Shown here piece after piece: positions 1 through 10,391 of a stretch of DNA of 64,000 nt. Positions within the stretch are counted from its first letter, which is position 1; each line of letters begins with the position of its first letter. This DNA comes from Candidatus Latescibacterota bacterium (GTDB lineage: Bacteria > Latescibacterota > UBA2968). The stretch is taken from contig OZ242320.1 of assembly GCA_965208125.1 (NCBI GenBank), positions 1,632,001-1,696,000 on the forward strand, written 5' to 3'. Below the pieces are notes generated by a model. It was not told the origin of the DNA. It saw nothing but the letters and a program-made list of their open reading frames with translations, and ran no database searches. The translations under genes and the position numbers were made by a program.

Positions 1-1
1 G

Positions 2-517
2 GTACAACAATACTCCGTCGAAGATGCGATCGTAGTCGGACGCGGACTCGAAGAACTGAATTATCTCTGGATCGAAGAACCCCTGCAGGAATTCGACATC
101 AACGGCCTGAAGCGACTCTCAGACGCAATCGACCTTCCAGTAATGGCATTGGAATCCATCCAGGGCAACCCCTATCTCGCCGCACCGTACCTTTCAATCG
201 GCGCCATAGACATCGTGCGTCAAACAGGACTGGGCATCACCGGACAGATGAAATTGGCCAACCTGGCAGAAATGTTTGGACTGAACTGCCACGGAGGAAA
301 TCCCCACGTCGTAGCCGCGGTCCGAAACGACGACTGGTGGGAAGTCTCGGCCTGGCCACCCACGGGCGCAGACAGATCCCTCGCGTCGGCCTTTGCCGGC
401 TTAATCGAAGAAACGACAGAAGTACGAGACGGCTACATGTACGTGCCACAAACGCCCGGACTCGGGCGAAAAATCGATTGGGACCGAATCAAGGCGCAGA
501 CTGTAATGGAGATTTGA
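2..517 (+). CDS. Mandelate racemase/muconate lactonizing enzyme family protein, C-terminal part (starts before window)
   Basis: Frame open from the window start; WIEEP metal-ligand motif and C-terminal VPQTPGLG. Confidence 0.85.
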   Translation, partial: VQQYSVEDAIVVGRGLEELNYLWIEEPLQEFDINGLKRLSDAIDLPVMALESIQGNPYLAAPYLSIGAIDIVRQTGLGITGQMKLANLAEMFGLNCHGGNPHVVAAVRNDDWWEVSAWPPTGADRSLASAFAGLIEETTEVRDGYMYVPQTPGLGRKIDWDRIKAQTVMEI

Positions 518-530
518 AAGGAGAAAGAAC

Positions 531-671
531 TTGAAAGGGTGGGACAACATCATCGGAAAACTGTGGATCGTGGCCCGCTTCGTATTAGAACTCGTCATCG
601 TCTTCGTGGGTGTCTATCTCGCCTTTTTATTGGCGGACTACCGGGACGAGCGAACAGAAGATCAGCTATAG
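531..671 (+). pseudogene. 46-codon single-TM ORF, probably a truncated gene (MKGWDNIIGKLWIVARFVLELVIVFVGVYLAFLLADYRDERTEDQL)
   Basis: AAGGAG RBS at 518-523, TTG start. The ELVIVFVGVYLAF helix resembles the N-terminal anchor of longer membrane-anchored proteins. Too short for the ORF track. Confidence 0.5.
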
Positions 672-684
672 GCTTTCCACTTCC

Positions 685-1803
685 TTATCCCAACCACCGC
701 TTCCGTGGAAACCGGGCATATACGTACTGACTGTCATACGTATTATCCTCCGCATAGGACGAACGCCCGCCCAGCAGATCGCACGCATATCTTTCGATCT
801 CTTCATCCACCAGATCAACACCCAGGCCCGGACCCTCGGGAATCGCGATATAACTATCGACCACCTCGGGTTGCGGTGCCATCACCTCATACCGCGCCTG
901 AACATCGCCCGTTCGGTGCTCCCAGATCAAAAAATTTGGCAGCGTCGCGCACAAATGGATAGACGCGATCTCCCCCACTGGACCCAGCGACCCATCGTGC
1001 GGCGCAAACTGGATATAGTGTGCCTCGGCCATACCCGCGAGCTTCTTCATCTGAGCCAGACCGCCGAACCGCCCGGCATCCGGCTGAATAACATCCACAA
1101 TCTCGCGCTCAATAAGCTCGCGAGCACCGAAGACATAGGCGACTCGTTCCCCGGCTGCAAGGGGGATATTAATCGCTTCGGACACGCGCGCAAGCGCCTC
1201 CACATTCTCGGGCGCGACCGGTTCCTCGTAAAAAAACACCCCGAACTCTTCAAGTCTCCGCCCCATAGAAATCGCATCGCGCGTCGTCATCCACGGCATA
1301 CCGTGCAAATCGACCATAATATCGATATCGTCCCCTACCTCATTGCGTATCGCCGTAATATCGCGGATACAGTGCTCAATTCCCCCCATCTTGAGACCCG
1401 TAAAGCCCTGATCCACGAGTTCCCGCGCGCTCTCAGCCGTATTCGCGTGCGTGTACACCCGCAAACGCTCGCGCATCCGACCGCCCAGCAATTGCCAGAC
1501 CGGCATATTAAACGCCTTCCCCTTAATATCCCACAGCGCCGTTTCAATAGCCGAAATCGCACCCGCGCCCACAATGCCCGACATCCCGTGGGTCTGCAAA
1601 AACATCTTGCTCCATAACCGCTCGATATTAAAGGGATCCTCACCGATAATCAAGCTCGCCTTGTGGTGAATCTCCGTCTGAATACTCGGCCATGCAGTCG
1701 CCTCTCCCACGCCATAGATCCCCTCATCCGTAAAAACCCTGCAAAACAAAAAATTTCTGCCATCCTGCCCAGCAGTATAGGTCTTAACATCCGTAATCTT
1801 CAT
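685..1803 (-). CDS. Mandelate racemase/galactonate dehydratase-like enolase superfamily protein
   Basis: MKITDVK start, SAIETALWDIKGK, VDLHG, YEEP, AGER, QPD, PEGPGLG motifs. Confidence 0.9.
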   Translation of the reverse strand: MKITDVKTYTAGQDGRNFLFCRVFTDEGIYGVGEATAWPSIQTEIHHKASLIIGEDPFNIERLWSKMFLQTHGMSGIVGAGAISAIETALWDIKGKAFNMPVWQLLGGRMRERLRVYTHANTAESARELVDQGFTGLKMGGIEHCIRDITAIRNEVGDDIDIMVDLHGMPWMTTRDAISMGRRLEEFGVFFYEEPVAPENVEALARVSEAINIPLAAGERVAYVFGARELIEREIVDVIQPDAGRFGGLAQMKKLAGMAEAHYIQFAPHDGSLGPVGEIASIHLCATLPNFLIWEHRTGDVQARYEVMAPQPEVVDSYIAIPEGPGLGVDLVDEEIERYACDLLGGRSSYAEDNTYDSQYVYARFPRKRWLG

Positions 1804-1818
1804 TCTCTCACCCCGCGA

Positions 1819-3825
1819 TCATGGATCGCAATGAATCTCGTGCCCATCTCCGGGAAACCAGAAAACATCGACAAAAACACCCAGAAAAACACCTGCGATA
1901 TAGCCCATAATCATACCCAGGAAAAAGGGTGCATAGCGCCGATAGCGCTCCAAACCACCCAACTTCATAATAATCGTCTTCACACCCCACATCAAAAAAA
2001 TACTAAAAGAATTATCCTGCATCTCTACCATGCCACAGATCGTAAAACCAATGGGATGGATCGGAAAGCCCGGGAAGCGATAACGCAGAAAATAGAGTGT
2101 ACCAGTAAAAATGCCGCCAATACCCATAAACAAAAAGCGATTCCAGTCCGTAAACAGCACATCGCCCTGAATTCGGGACACAGCCAGACGGCTAAAACCC
2201 GCCCCATTGAGCGTGCCAATACCCTTAAATGTCGTCCGCCCAAAATTGGCACTGCCAATACCGTAATACCCCTGGTATATGACGAATATGATAACCACCG
2301 CCGCACCGAGCAAACAACCGATGAGCACAGTCGGCGCCACGGCTTTGCGGCTGCGCTTTGCCATCGCCATACTCAACCGCGGAACATGCGCCATCTGCGT
2401 CGTCGCAAACGTCTTCCCATCCGCCACGAGACTCATCGTAAGCGTCAAAATAGAAGCGCCGGCAGGCCCCATATTCCCAACGCCGACGGCATGCCATGTA
2501 AACCCCGGCGCCGTGAGAGGCACCCGAAGATAGACCAGACCGCTCTCCACCACAATGCGCGACATCCCCACAAACAAAACGAGCATCGCAAATGACCATG
2601 CGAGAATCGTCTCCGGCCCCATACCCGCGCGCCAGAGCCAGAGAAACACAAAACCGCAACACGCCAGCAAAAGCCAGACAGCCGTGCGATAAGACATAAT
2701 CTCTTCGGAATCATCCACACTTTCATCGCGCAAAAACGCCTTGCGAAAAATATCTCGAAAATGAGACCGCGCAATCCAGAACCCCCAGCCGACAAAAACG
2801 GCCATCCCCCCAAATGTCATCCAGCCAATCGCCGGATGGCTCGAACTCCACGGATCATTCGGGCCCAAATCCAGGCCAAAACGATTGAACAGCCCCACCA
2901 CACAGATCTGAACCACATGGAAAAACCACAGGCTGAAAAGCACCTCCAGCTTGGTGAAATACCCCAGACAAAACGTGAGCAACACAAACGTAGTCACAAT
3001 ACTCGGAAAGCCCGGCGCTACCGAAATCACATTCCGCCCATATCGCCCCGCCAGAAATGGAAACATCGGTAAATTGACCGTGAACCACGTAAACACATTC
3101 CACGCAATAATCGCAAACGTAAGGCCAAATCCCCATTGAAACAGGCGATTGCGCACAAGCGTCCTCAGCGTACCCGTCGTACCCGAAACACCCGTGAGTT
3201 CCAGCAGCGCAGTGGCGACTGGAAAAGACAGCCGCTCGTATTCCATCCACTGTTTCCGCAACAAAACACTGAGACACAGGTGAATCGCCAAAATACTCGC
3301 AATCAGCGCACCCCACCAGAAAAGCACCGAAAACCACTCACCCCACGGAAACGCTGCACCGGGCACTTGCCCCTCGTAAAATCCGCGCACTGCATCGCGA
3401 TTGGTAATCGTCGTCCAGCTCGGCATGTACGGCAGGAGAAGCTCATCAAACCGATTCTCTGGCGACGCGTAATACGCCGGCATCGTCAGCATCTGCAAGA
3501 ACCACACCGTGAGCCACTCGCCCTGCATAGTAGATGCGACAAACCCGATACAGCAAACCGTAAGCAATTCCGTTGGAGAAAACCCGATACCGCGCCGCTC
3601 GAGAAAAGCGTTCAGAATCAGAAGCCCCACAAAAGGAATGAGCATCGCCATAGAAAGATGCGAATGATCAGCCCGCGTTGAATTCACCACAAAACTGGTA
3701 TAGGTCGGCCACAGGGGCATAAGCATGGCCATACCCAGCCCAATCAGGAGGGATCGTTTGGTAATAACGGAAGAGCCTTCAGCGGTTTCTGATTTGGGAA
3801 GGCGCGGTTGTGGAGATGCGGACAT
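1819..3825 (-). CDS. Polytopic membrane protein, DUF6785/DUF6784-type (putative transporter)
   Basis: 668 aa, many TM helices; RKQW..ERLSFP, FPIHPIG and FFLGMI.G motifs. Confidence 0.75.
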   Translation of the reverse strand: MSASPQPRLPKSETAEGSSVITKRSLLIGLGMAMLMPLWPTYTSFVVNSTRADHSHLSMAMLIPFVGLLILNAFLERRGIGFSPTELLTVCCIGFVASTMQGEWLTVWFLQMLTMPAYYASPENRFDELLLPYMPSWTTITNRDAVRGFYEGQVPGAAFPWGEWFSVLFWWGALIASILAIHLCLSVLLRKQWMEYERLSFPVATALLELTGVSGTTGTLRTLVRNRLFQWGFGLTFAIIAWNVFTWFTVNLPMFPFLAGRYGRNVISVAPGFPSIVTTFVLLTFCLGYFTKLEVLFSLWFFHVVQICVVGLFNRFGLDLGPNDPWSSSHPAIGWMTFGGMAVFVGWGFWIARSHFRDIFRKAFLRDESVDDSEEIMSYRTAVWLLLACCGFVFLWLWRAGMGPETILAWSFAMLVLFVGMSRIVVESGLVYLRVPLTAPGFTWHAVGVGNMGPAGASILTLTMSLVADGKTFATTQMAHVPRLSMAMAKRSRKAVAPTVLIGCLLGAAVVIIFVIYQGYYGIGSANFGRTTFKGIGTLNGAGFSRLAVSRIQGDVLFTDWNRFLFMGIGGIFTGTLYFLRYRFPGFPIHPIGFTICGMVEMQDNSFSIFLMWGVKTIIMKLGGLERYRRYAPFFLGMIMGYIAGVFLGVFVDVFWFPGDGHEIHCDP

Positions 3826-3870
3826 AGACTTTGGATTGGGATTGATGGTGGACTGGATAAGGGAATTGCT

Positions 3871-3931
3871 GGGGACGGCACAGGAGCCTGTCCCGTAGTG
3901 ACTCTATACGGGAACCGTCCCCTACGATGAT
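3871..3931. repeat. GTAG-type REP-like palindrome with an internal extra hairpin
   Basis: GGGACGGCACAGG...ACCGTCCCCTACGATGAT; a related copy lies at 23431-23463. Confidence 0.65.
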
Positions 3932-3963
3932 AGTGTTATCCGATTTGCTGTAGAGACAACCAA

Positions 3964-4947
3964 CTATTCTTCATTAACCGCTTGCATCAGCGCATGGATA
4001 TACCCGTACGTGTACGCAAAACCGACCTGCCTCGATTCGGGACCGGAAATACCCGGAACGTGATCGGGCATAATCATATATTCGTAGCCCACTTCTTTGA
4101 ACGTCCGCAAAGCCTTCAGCATATCCACATCGCCCTCATCGGGAAACACCTCGACAAAATTGCGAAGACCGCCCTTGATATTGCGGAAATGCACATTGAA
4201 AATCTTCTTGCGCTCTCCAAAATAACGGATCACATCATAGGCGTCCGCACTGGGATCCTCCAGACTCTCGGACATACAGCCCAGACAGAAATTCAATCCA
4301 TTGTACGGACTATCGTACAAATCGATAAACTTCTTAAAACCATCCACCATACCGAGCACACGCGCGACCCCTCGATACGTCGTCCCATATCCGATACCTG
4401 GATCCGAGGGATGGCACGCCATCTGGATCTTGTACTCCTCCGCCACAGGCATAATATTCTGCAACCAGTGATCGATGCGCGCCCACATCTCGTCTTCATC
4501 TGCAGCGCCGCCTTCAAACTCGCCCAAAGATTGATCCAATTTATCGTACTCAAACGACGACAGCCTAGCGCCCCCGCGTCCGTATCGCGGCTCTGTCCGC
4601 ATATGCCCCAAAATCGTGATATTGTAATTCAGCCCGCGCAACCCCGCTTCCGCCGCCATTCTGACCGTCTCGCACATGCGCTCAATAGCCCGGTCACGCT
4701 CGTCGCTGGGACCCAGGAAAATCGCACCAGCCTCGTTTTGGAAAGCACTGCTTGAACCCAACGGAATGTGAATCATCTCGAGATTAATGCCATATTTATC
4801 ATACCGATCGCGCATGGACTTAATCGCATCGGCACTCCACTCCGCCCAGGGTCCCTCCGGTGTTTGATCGACATTAAAAACCCCGAGTTGCGCGAGAATC
4901 TCGATATCCGTGTCGTTCCGACAAGCCACCTGCGTTCCGATATACAT
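3964..4947 (-). CDS. uxuA: Mannonate dehydratase (UxuA family)
   Basis: MACHPSDP, NGLNFCLGC, VHFRN, DEGDVDM, MPDHVP motifs; GGAGG RBS before ATG at 4947. Confidence 0.8.
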   Translation of the reverse strand: MYIGTQVACRNDTDIEILAQLGVFNVDQTPEGPWAEWSADAIKSMRDRYDKYGINLEMIHIPLGSSSAFQNEAGAIFLGPSDERDRAIERMCETVRMAAEAGLRGLNYNITILGHMRTEPRYGRGGARLSSFEYDKLDQSLGEFEGGAADEDEMWARIDHWLQNIMPVAEEYKIQMACHPSDPGIGYGTTYRGVARVLGMVDGFKKFIDLYDSPYNGLNFCLGCMSESLEDPSADAYDVIRYFGERKKIFNVHFRNIKGGLRNFVEVFPDEGDVDMLKALRTFKEVGYEYMIMPDHVPGISGPESRQVGFAYTYGYIHALMQAVNEE

Positions 4948-5068
4948 GGGAACCTCCAATTTGTGAAGTTAGAACTGCGATAATGCGTCAGATGCCAAAA
5001 TACGTTCCGATGCTCTCAATGTCAATGTGTATGATTCGGCTTTTTATTTAAAAAGCTCTGTGATAAAA

Positions 5069-5099
5069 AAAGCCCTCAAGCAATAAGCTATAGGGCTTT
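5069..5099 (-). terminator. Probable intrinsic terminator
   Basis: AAAGCCCT...AGGGCTTT stem with an A-run on the left, downstream of the Ldh_2 gene. Confidence 0.5.
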
Positions 5100-5119
5100 A
5101 GTTATTAGATCTTTTCCCA

Positions 5120-6121
5120 TCAATCCCAGGGAAGCGGCACCCTTAGGCGCGCGCTAACCTCGCGTGCATTTTCCTGCTCCATCTCGCCATAGCGAATACC
5201 CTCGGCGCGATGGAGCACCATGCGCTCTTCCTCAATCGCACCCGGCAACAACGCGCGGTCATGTCCCGGCATCGGCTCGTACGTCTCGCGCACCGTTCTC
5301 ACCATGTGATCTGACTCAGCCCGGAAAACCTCTTCGGAAACCGCCTGATCAACGCGGATCGCAAGAACACAACCACCCGCACCTGACGAGGACCATTTCT
5401 CCTTCATCTCGTGAGAAGACGGAAGACTGGCACCTGCCAATCCACCCCCCATAATCGAAGCCACCGCCGTGTACCCAATACTCTTAAAAAACGCCGCCGG
5501 AATCATCTCGAACAAAGCCTCAAACTCCGGACCCCGCTGGTAATCCGCCAAAATACAAGTCGCCGCATCGAGAACAATCGGAGGCTCATCCCCAGAGGGA
5601 ATCGCAAAACATATTGGAGGATTGCCAAAATAGCCGAGAAGCGGCCCCCTGCCATCCCTCTTTGCATTGCCCTGCTGCCTGCCCTGTACGCAAAAACCAA
5701 TACACCCCGCCTCGGAACACATCCGCGCATAATGACCCGCCGAACCAATATGCCCCACATGTCGCGCCAGCCCCATACCCATACCCAACTCTCTCGCTTT
5801 GCGAATCGCGTGGTCTGCCGCGCGCACCATCGGGAGATACCCCACCGTACCATCCCCATCAATAACAGCACACGTCGGCGTCTCACCGATCACCCGCACA
5901 TTGGGACGCGGATTGAGACTCCCATTTTCAAAACTCTTGCAATAGCCATTCACAGTCCGCGTACCGTGGCTGCGAACACCTCGCAGATCGCTATTGACCA
6001 GAAGGCGACTGATAACCCGCGCGTGATCGGTCTCAAGCCCCGCCTTTTCAAAACAAGCCGCGGCAAAATCCAGAAGGCGATCTTCAAAGACATGAACAAA
6101 TGATTCAGGAGGTTGATTCAT
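5120..6121 (-). CDS. Ldh_2 family (malate/L-lactate/ureidoglycolate-type) oxidoreductase
   Basis: DLRGVRSHG, GHIGSAGHY, GNPPICFAIP, LDAAT motifs. Confidence 0.85.
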   Translation of the reverse strand: MNQPPESFVHVFEDRLLDFAAACFEKAGLETDHARVISRLLVNSDLRGVRSHGTRTVNGYCKSFENGSLNPRPNVRVIGETPTCAVIDGDGTVGYLPMVRAADHAIRKARELGMGMGLARHVGHIGSAGHYARMCSEAGCIGFCVQGRQQGNAKRDGRGPLLGYFGNPPICFAIPSGDEPPIVLDAATCILADYQRGPEFEALFEMIPAAFFKSIGYTAVASIMGGGLAGASLPSSHEMKEKWSSSGAGGCVLAIRVDQAVSEEVFRAESDHMVRTVRETYEPMPGHDRALLPGAIEEERMVLHRAEGIRYGEMEQENAREVSARLRVPLPWD

Positions 6122-6179
6122 AGGAAAAATCCAAACGTAAAAGGTAAAAAATAAAGAATATTATCTCTCTTAGTAATAT

Positions 6180-6239
6180 CTATGTATTTAGCGTTGATAT
6201 ACGTCGCGCCGATGAACGCATGTGAACAGCGTAAGCCAT
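6180..6239 (-). pseudogene. Internally deleted RelE/ParE-like toxin remnant
   Basis: ATG 2 nt after the antitoxin stop encodes MAYAVHMRSSARR. An overlapping shifted frame encodes RDVYQR-stop, a typical RelE C-terminus. Confidence 0.55.
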
Positions 6240-6241
6240 TG

Positions 6242-6496
6242 CTATGGTACTTCTCCAGTCTCACGGAGCAAATCGCGCAAAGGCCGCGTTTCGCTATTCT
6301 CCTCATTCGCTTCATCCATTAACATGGCGTCAACAGCATCCTGTAGATGGGGAGGAAGCGTCTCCCAGTCTGTTTCCTGAGCGACCTTTTGAATTAAAGT
6401 CTTGAAATCGTCATATCCAAGTATCACCTCAATGACCTCGCCCGAGTCATCATATACCCATTTTGGAGAACGTGGTTTTTCGAGAATGCGTGTCAT
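6242..6496 (-). CDS. Small acidic protein, probable type II antitoxin (orphan)
   Basis: 84 aa, D..GE..EVIL.Y.DF motif, acidic tail, directly upstream of the toxin remnant. Confidence 0.55.
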   Translation of the reverse strand: MTRILEKPRSPKWVYDDSGEVIEVILGYDDFKTLIQKVAQETDWETLPPHLQDAVDAMLMDEANEENSETRPLRDLLRETGEVP

Positions 6497-6543
6497 ATTA
6501 TCCTCAATCTACTTTGTTATCATCTATTTTCCCGTCCCTCATC

Positions 6544-7377
6544 TCATGACCACAAATAAACCTCAGGGTCATCTTCAGACATACCGATAAACGATGCCAG
6601 CACAACGCGGGGTTGAGAGCCGACGACAAAAGGAACTTCGTGAATCGTCTCGGAATAAAAAAAGTAGAGATCTCCCGGTTCCAGATTGACCTGCACGCGC
6701 GCAATCCCCTCCTCCTCTGCGAATTCTCGAAACCGCCTCTCCTCGAGAGGGCGTTGAAACTCGGGCGACATAGGCGCCCTGTAAAGGATCCCTTCGCCGC
6801 TATCACCACGATCCTCGCTATTCTGAAAACACAGCACACCCGCAAACTGATGTCTGAACCGGGAAACCGTAAAATTGTAGCGCTTGGACCGCTTGGACAC
6901 GGAATCGTAATGCGGGTAATGCCCCACACCCTCGTGATAAGTTCTAAAAATAGAGGGACCGTAAAGACGACCGTCAACGCTCCGAGCCGTCATAACCCGC
7001 TTATCTGGAAGCATCCTGGCAAGCGCGTCATACAGCGTCTTCACGGGATCCTCATACCCATCAAACAAATACGAAAAAAGATCGTGCGTCTGACGAGAAT
7101 GTTCGTAAAAAGCATCTGGATCATTCCCGTGGTGACCCAGACTCGTACCGATATCGACCCGGCGGGGACTGCCATCACCCACCTTGTGCGGATCGTAGAG
7201 CAAACCGCGCTCGTAAAACCGCTCAATAAGAGCCGCACAGTGATCCGACGGAAACGCGCAACGCACGATAACAGCGGGAATCTCGCTCGCCATCATCGCA
7301 TCGAACGGCCGCGGAACCTGCGCGAGAATCTCATCAACCGTACCCTCAACAGGGGACCAGACCACTGTTTGAGACAT
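6544..7377 (-). CDS. 2OG-Fe(II) dioxygenase-fold protein
   Basis: HYD motif, PGDLYFF...IHEV and distal Arg. Confidence 0.7.
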   Translation of the reverse strand: MSQTVVWSPVEGTVDEILAQVPRPFDAMMASEIPAVIVRCAFPSDHCAALIERFYERGLLYDPHKVGDGSPRRVDIGTSLGHHGNDPDAFYEHSRQTHDLFSYLFDGYEDPVKTLYDALARMLPDKRVMTARSVDGRLYGPSIFRTYHEGVGHYPHYDSVSKRSKRYNFTVSRFRHQFAGVLCFQNSEDRGDSGEGILYRAPMSPEFQRPLEERRFREFAEEEGIARVQVNLEPGDLYFFYSETIHEVPFVVGSQPRVVLASFIGMSEDDPEVYLWS

Positions 7378-7388
7378 CGCAATCTCTC

Positions 7389-8168
7389 CTAATCTAAAAA
7401 CTCAAGCACTCTCATTCGGTCAATCCAGCGCTGGCGCCTCGGATTTCCGTGGACATTTGCCAGCCAGTGCGGCGGATGGATAGGCTCTGCAGGGCGATCA
7501 AATCTGACCGCAGTATCCGCATTCGACCTCCCCTGCTCCCGCGTCACACGCTCTTCCTCAGCAGTCTTGGGATTATTGTAATAGACAGCCGTACACATCC
7601 GGCGATCAACACCACCACCAAGACTCGCATGCCAGAGCCGCAGGTCAAAAGCCACCACATCTCCCGGCTCTGACGCACACACAAAAGCCGGCACCTCGTC
7701 GAGATCCAGGCGAGACGCTTCTCGCGCCTGTCGCAACTCATCGTGAAAAGGACATATATGTGAACCCGGTAACACGCGCAACGCGCCGCTTTGTGCATCT
7801 ACCGACTTGAGATAAAAAGCGAACTTAACGCCATACTGGTGGGGACTCCGCGTATCCGGATGCCACTGTGTATCGCCCACATAGCGATTGGCATCGCAAG
7901 CCACGCCAAACACATCCTCCCCGTAAAGTTGCTCTGCCACCCTGCAAAACCTGAGATCTTCCAGCAAACCCGCGAAAAAGGGCGTATCCGGTCCCAGCAT
8001 AGGCACCCAATGCCGACGCGTACCGTCAAAAGGCGCGTGTCGATACGCCGCTGTCAGAGCATGCTCGAACTCCTCGTTAATCGTCTTCAACTCGTCCCGA
8101 TCAAACACCTGCCGAAGAATCAGAAATCCGAACGTCTTAAAATAGTGGACCTCTTGCTCCGTCAGCAT
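7389..8168 (-). CDS. Phytanoyl-CoA dioxygenase (PhyH) family protein
   Basis: F..FGFL, WHPD, GALRVLPGSH, PGDVVAFD.RLWHA; GGAGG RBS before ATG at 8168. Confidence 0.9.
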   Translation of the reverse strand: MLTEQEVHYFKTFGFLILRQVFDRDELKTINEEFEHALTAAYRHAPFDGTRRHWVPMLGPDTPFFAGLLEDLRFCRVAEQLYGEDVFGVACDANRYVGDTQWHPDTRSPHQYGVKFAFYLKSVDAQSGALRVLPGSHICPFHDELRQAREASRLDLDEVPAFVCASEPGDVVAFDLRLWHASLGGGVDRRMCTAVYYNNPKTAEEERVTREQGRSNADTAVRFDRPAEPIHPPHWLANVHGNPRRQRWIDRMRVLEFLD

Positions 8169-8180
8169 AAGCCCTCCAGT

Positions 8181-8263
8181 AGCGATTAGCAATCAGCCAT
8201 CAGCTTTCAGCGACCAGCTAACCGCTTGTTCTGCTGACTACTGACCGCTGATTGCTGATTGCT
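8181..8263. repeat. Inverted arrays of heptamer repeats (TCAGCNN / NNGCTGA) forming a long hairpin
   Basis: AGCAATCAGCCATCAGCTTTCAGCGACCAGC facing GCTGACTACTGACCGCTGATTGCTGATTGCT. Confidence 0.7.
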
Positions 8264-8267
8264 TTTT

Positions 8268-9362
8268 TCAAGACACAGAACTCAAAGGCTCTGAAATTGC
8301 GGCGATCTTCTCCTCATCCAACTCCATCCCCAACCCCGGACCTTCTGGCAAAATCACATAACCCTTCTCGTATTGTATGCGCTCCTTAACCACATCGCTC
8401 TCGTACAGCAACCCACCTGTCGGATCGCCCGGATAATCGAGATTTTCCACCACAGAACCAAACGTCGCCTGAGCCGCCACGCCAATGGACAGCTCCTGCG
8501 TCGTACCCACCAGACACGACAGACCAGCCGCATCGGCCACCTGCGCGACATGCAGCGCATTTGTAAATCCCCCTGCACCCGACAAACTGATATTGAAAAT
8601 ATCGACATACCGGTGCCGGGCAAACTGATAGGCCTGATCCAGTGAACTGACGTGCTCGCTGATGGGCAGATCAATGCGCTTTCGCACCTCGTATTGACCC
8701 TCCAGATCTCTCCGGTCAGAGACTGATTCCAGATGAAAAGGCCTGTAGTACCTCAGCAAAACATCCAGCGCCTGCACAACCCGTTTCCACTTGTGCGCGC
8801 CGCTAAAATCGAGCGACTTCAACACAAACTGATCGCCCCAGGACGACTTCACCCCATCCAAAAAAATCTCATCCGCCTCCACATTGCCGCCGTGATACAA
8901 CCGAAACAGATCCTGACCCTCCTTCATCCGGCGATTGACCCGCGCGATATTCGCCTCGGCATCTTCCCTGGAATAATTCCTGAAAATCGGATAACACACG
9001 CGCCACTTATCCCTCAGCGCTCCGCCAAACACACCTGCAACCGACTGCCCCTGGATCTTGCCGACCAAATCGAAAAGACCGATCTCGAACCCCGCTCGAA
9101 TCGCCCCACCCATACGGAACCGGGACCTCGCTTCAATGGTAATCGTACGCCACGCCAGCGGATCCTTTCCCACGAGCAACGACTCGTAGGCTCCCTTGAC
9201 ATCATTGAGATCGTACATCACACCCCAGTCGTTCACATCGGACATCTCCCCCAAACCGATCAATCCCTCATCAGTGTGAATGCGAACAATAACGTGACGA
9301 GACAAATGTCCAGTCTCACGCCTCGATGCAACGGGGGTCAAATCAACACTCGTGATCTTCAT
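8268..9362 (-). CDS. Muconate-cycloisomerase-like enolase superfamily protein
   Basis: MKITSV start (ATG 9362, GGAG RBS), GLIGLGE, LFDLVGK, PEGPGLG. Confidence 0.85.
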   Translation of the reverse strand: MKITSVDLTPVASRRETGHLSRHVIVRIHTDEGLIGLGEMSDVNDWGVMYDLNDVKGAYESLLVGKDPLAWRTITIEARSRFRMGGAIRAGFEIGLFDLVGKIQGQSVAGVFGGALRDKWRVCYPIFRNYSREDAEANIARVNRRMKEGQDLFRLYHGGNVEADEIFLDGVKSSWGDQFVLKSLDFSGAHKWKRVVQALDVLLRYYRPFHLESVSDRRDLEGQYEVRKRIDLPISEHVSSLDQAYQFARHRYVDIFNISLSGAGGFTNALHVAQVADAAGLSCLVGTTQELSIGVAAQATFGSVVENLDYPGDPTGGLLYESDVVKERIQYEKGYVILPEGPGLGMELDEEKIAAISEPLSSVS

Positions 9363-9490
9363 AACCACACTCCTTTGCCAGAAAAACAAGACAAATGACG
9401 CATAAATATTTGGGCGTATTAATCTCAAACTAACGCATTTTTTTGGCAATATCAAGTATTACTCGGGACTGGGGACTGGATGACAGGCAA

Positions 9491-9530
9491 AACCTCTGGA
9501 TCGCGGCTCAAAATCACGCCGCGATGACAG
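9491..9530. repeat. Palindromic intergenic repeat (CTGGATCGCGGC...GCCGCGATGAC)
   Basis: Hairpin ATCGCGGC/GCCGCGAT; a near-identical copy lies at 26044-26085. Confidence 0.7.
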
Positions 9531-9557
9531 CGAATGGGGGTCTAACCGCCGACCGCT

Positions 9558-10391
9558 TCAATACTTTCGCGCCAGCGGATCTGCACCGAGAATATTGGGA
9601 TGGGCAATTGCACTGCGGAGGGCTGTATAGAGAGGATGGAGACACTCGACATTTTGCGCCAGAGAACGTATCACAAAAAGGTCGGGCCTGGGGGAAGCAA
9701 AGGAAAGCAAAAGAGAATCCTGCGAAGGTTTCAACAAAGGAGCGAGCGTTTGGGAAAGACTTTCAACCAGACAACTAAAACGTGTGGAATCACCCGCAAC
9801 AAAAATATTAAAAACAACAGTATAAGCCCCAAACGCACCCGTATGTATTGGCGATAACGTCCCCGGCTCGGAATAATAGCGCTCCACCAGAACCGGGCGT
9901 TCGACCGTATGCACTGTAATATCAGACCGGTAACTCGTGTACCCAAAACACTCCCCAAAAGCCATGCGTCCAGCCGTATGACCATCGGCGAGCACCAGAC
10001 ATGCGTCAGACCCCAGATGCCACGTCTGCGCCTGCTCAAAAACACTTCGCGAGTATGGAACAACGGGATCGGGCAAAACAACGGCAAGGCCCCCGGCTTC
10101 CACCTCACCGCCAATTATTTGCTTACACGGAATACCATTGGGACTCTTATAAACTTTGGTAAACGCCTGAGTACCCAGATAAAGAGATGCCCCTTCACCA
10201 CAGCGCACACACAGCGTCGTCGCATCCCCCTCCACCATACCGCCCCCATAACTGGAAAGCACAACAGCGCAATAATTGCCCTGTGCGGCGGGATTGAGCA
10301 ACTTCAAAGGCGCGACTGAGCGACAGGCAGAGAGGACAGAACGGGCACCATTGCGGATCACTTCAATTCGGGAAGGGAGAGAGGACATCAT
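9558..10391 (-). CDS. ureD: Urease accessory protein UreD/UreH
   Basis: [29 protein letters not shown] motifs; last gene of the urease operon. Confidence 0.9.
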   Translation of the reverse strand: MMSSLPSRIEVIRNGARSVLSACRSVAPLKLLNPAAQGNYCAVVLSSYGGGMVEGDATTLCVRCGEGASLYLGTQAFTKVYKSPNGIPCKQIIGGEVEAGGLAVVLPDPVVPYSRSVFEQAQTWHLGSDACLVLADGHTAGRMAFGECFGYTSYRSDITVHTVERPVLVERYYSEPGTLSPIHTGAFGAYTVVFNIFVAGDSTRFSCLVESLSQTLAPLLKPSQDSLLLSFASPRPDLFVIRSLAQNVECLHPLYTALRSAIAHPNILGADPLARKY

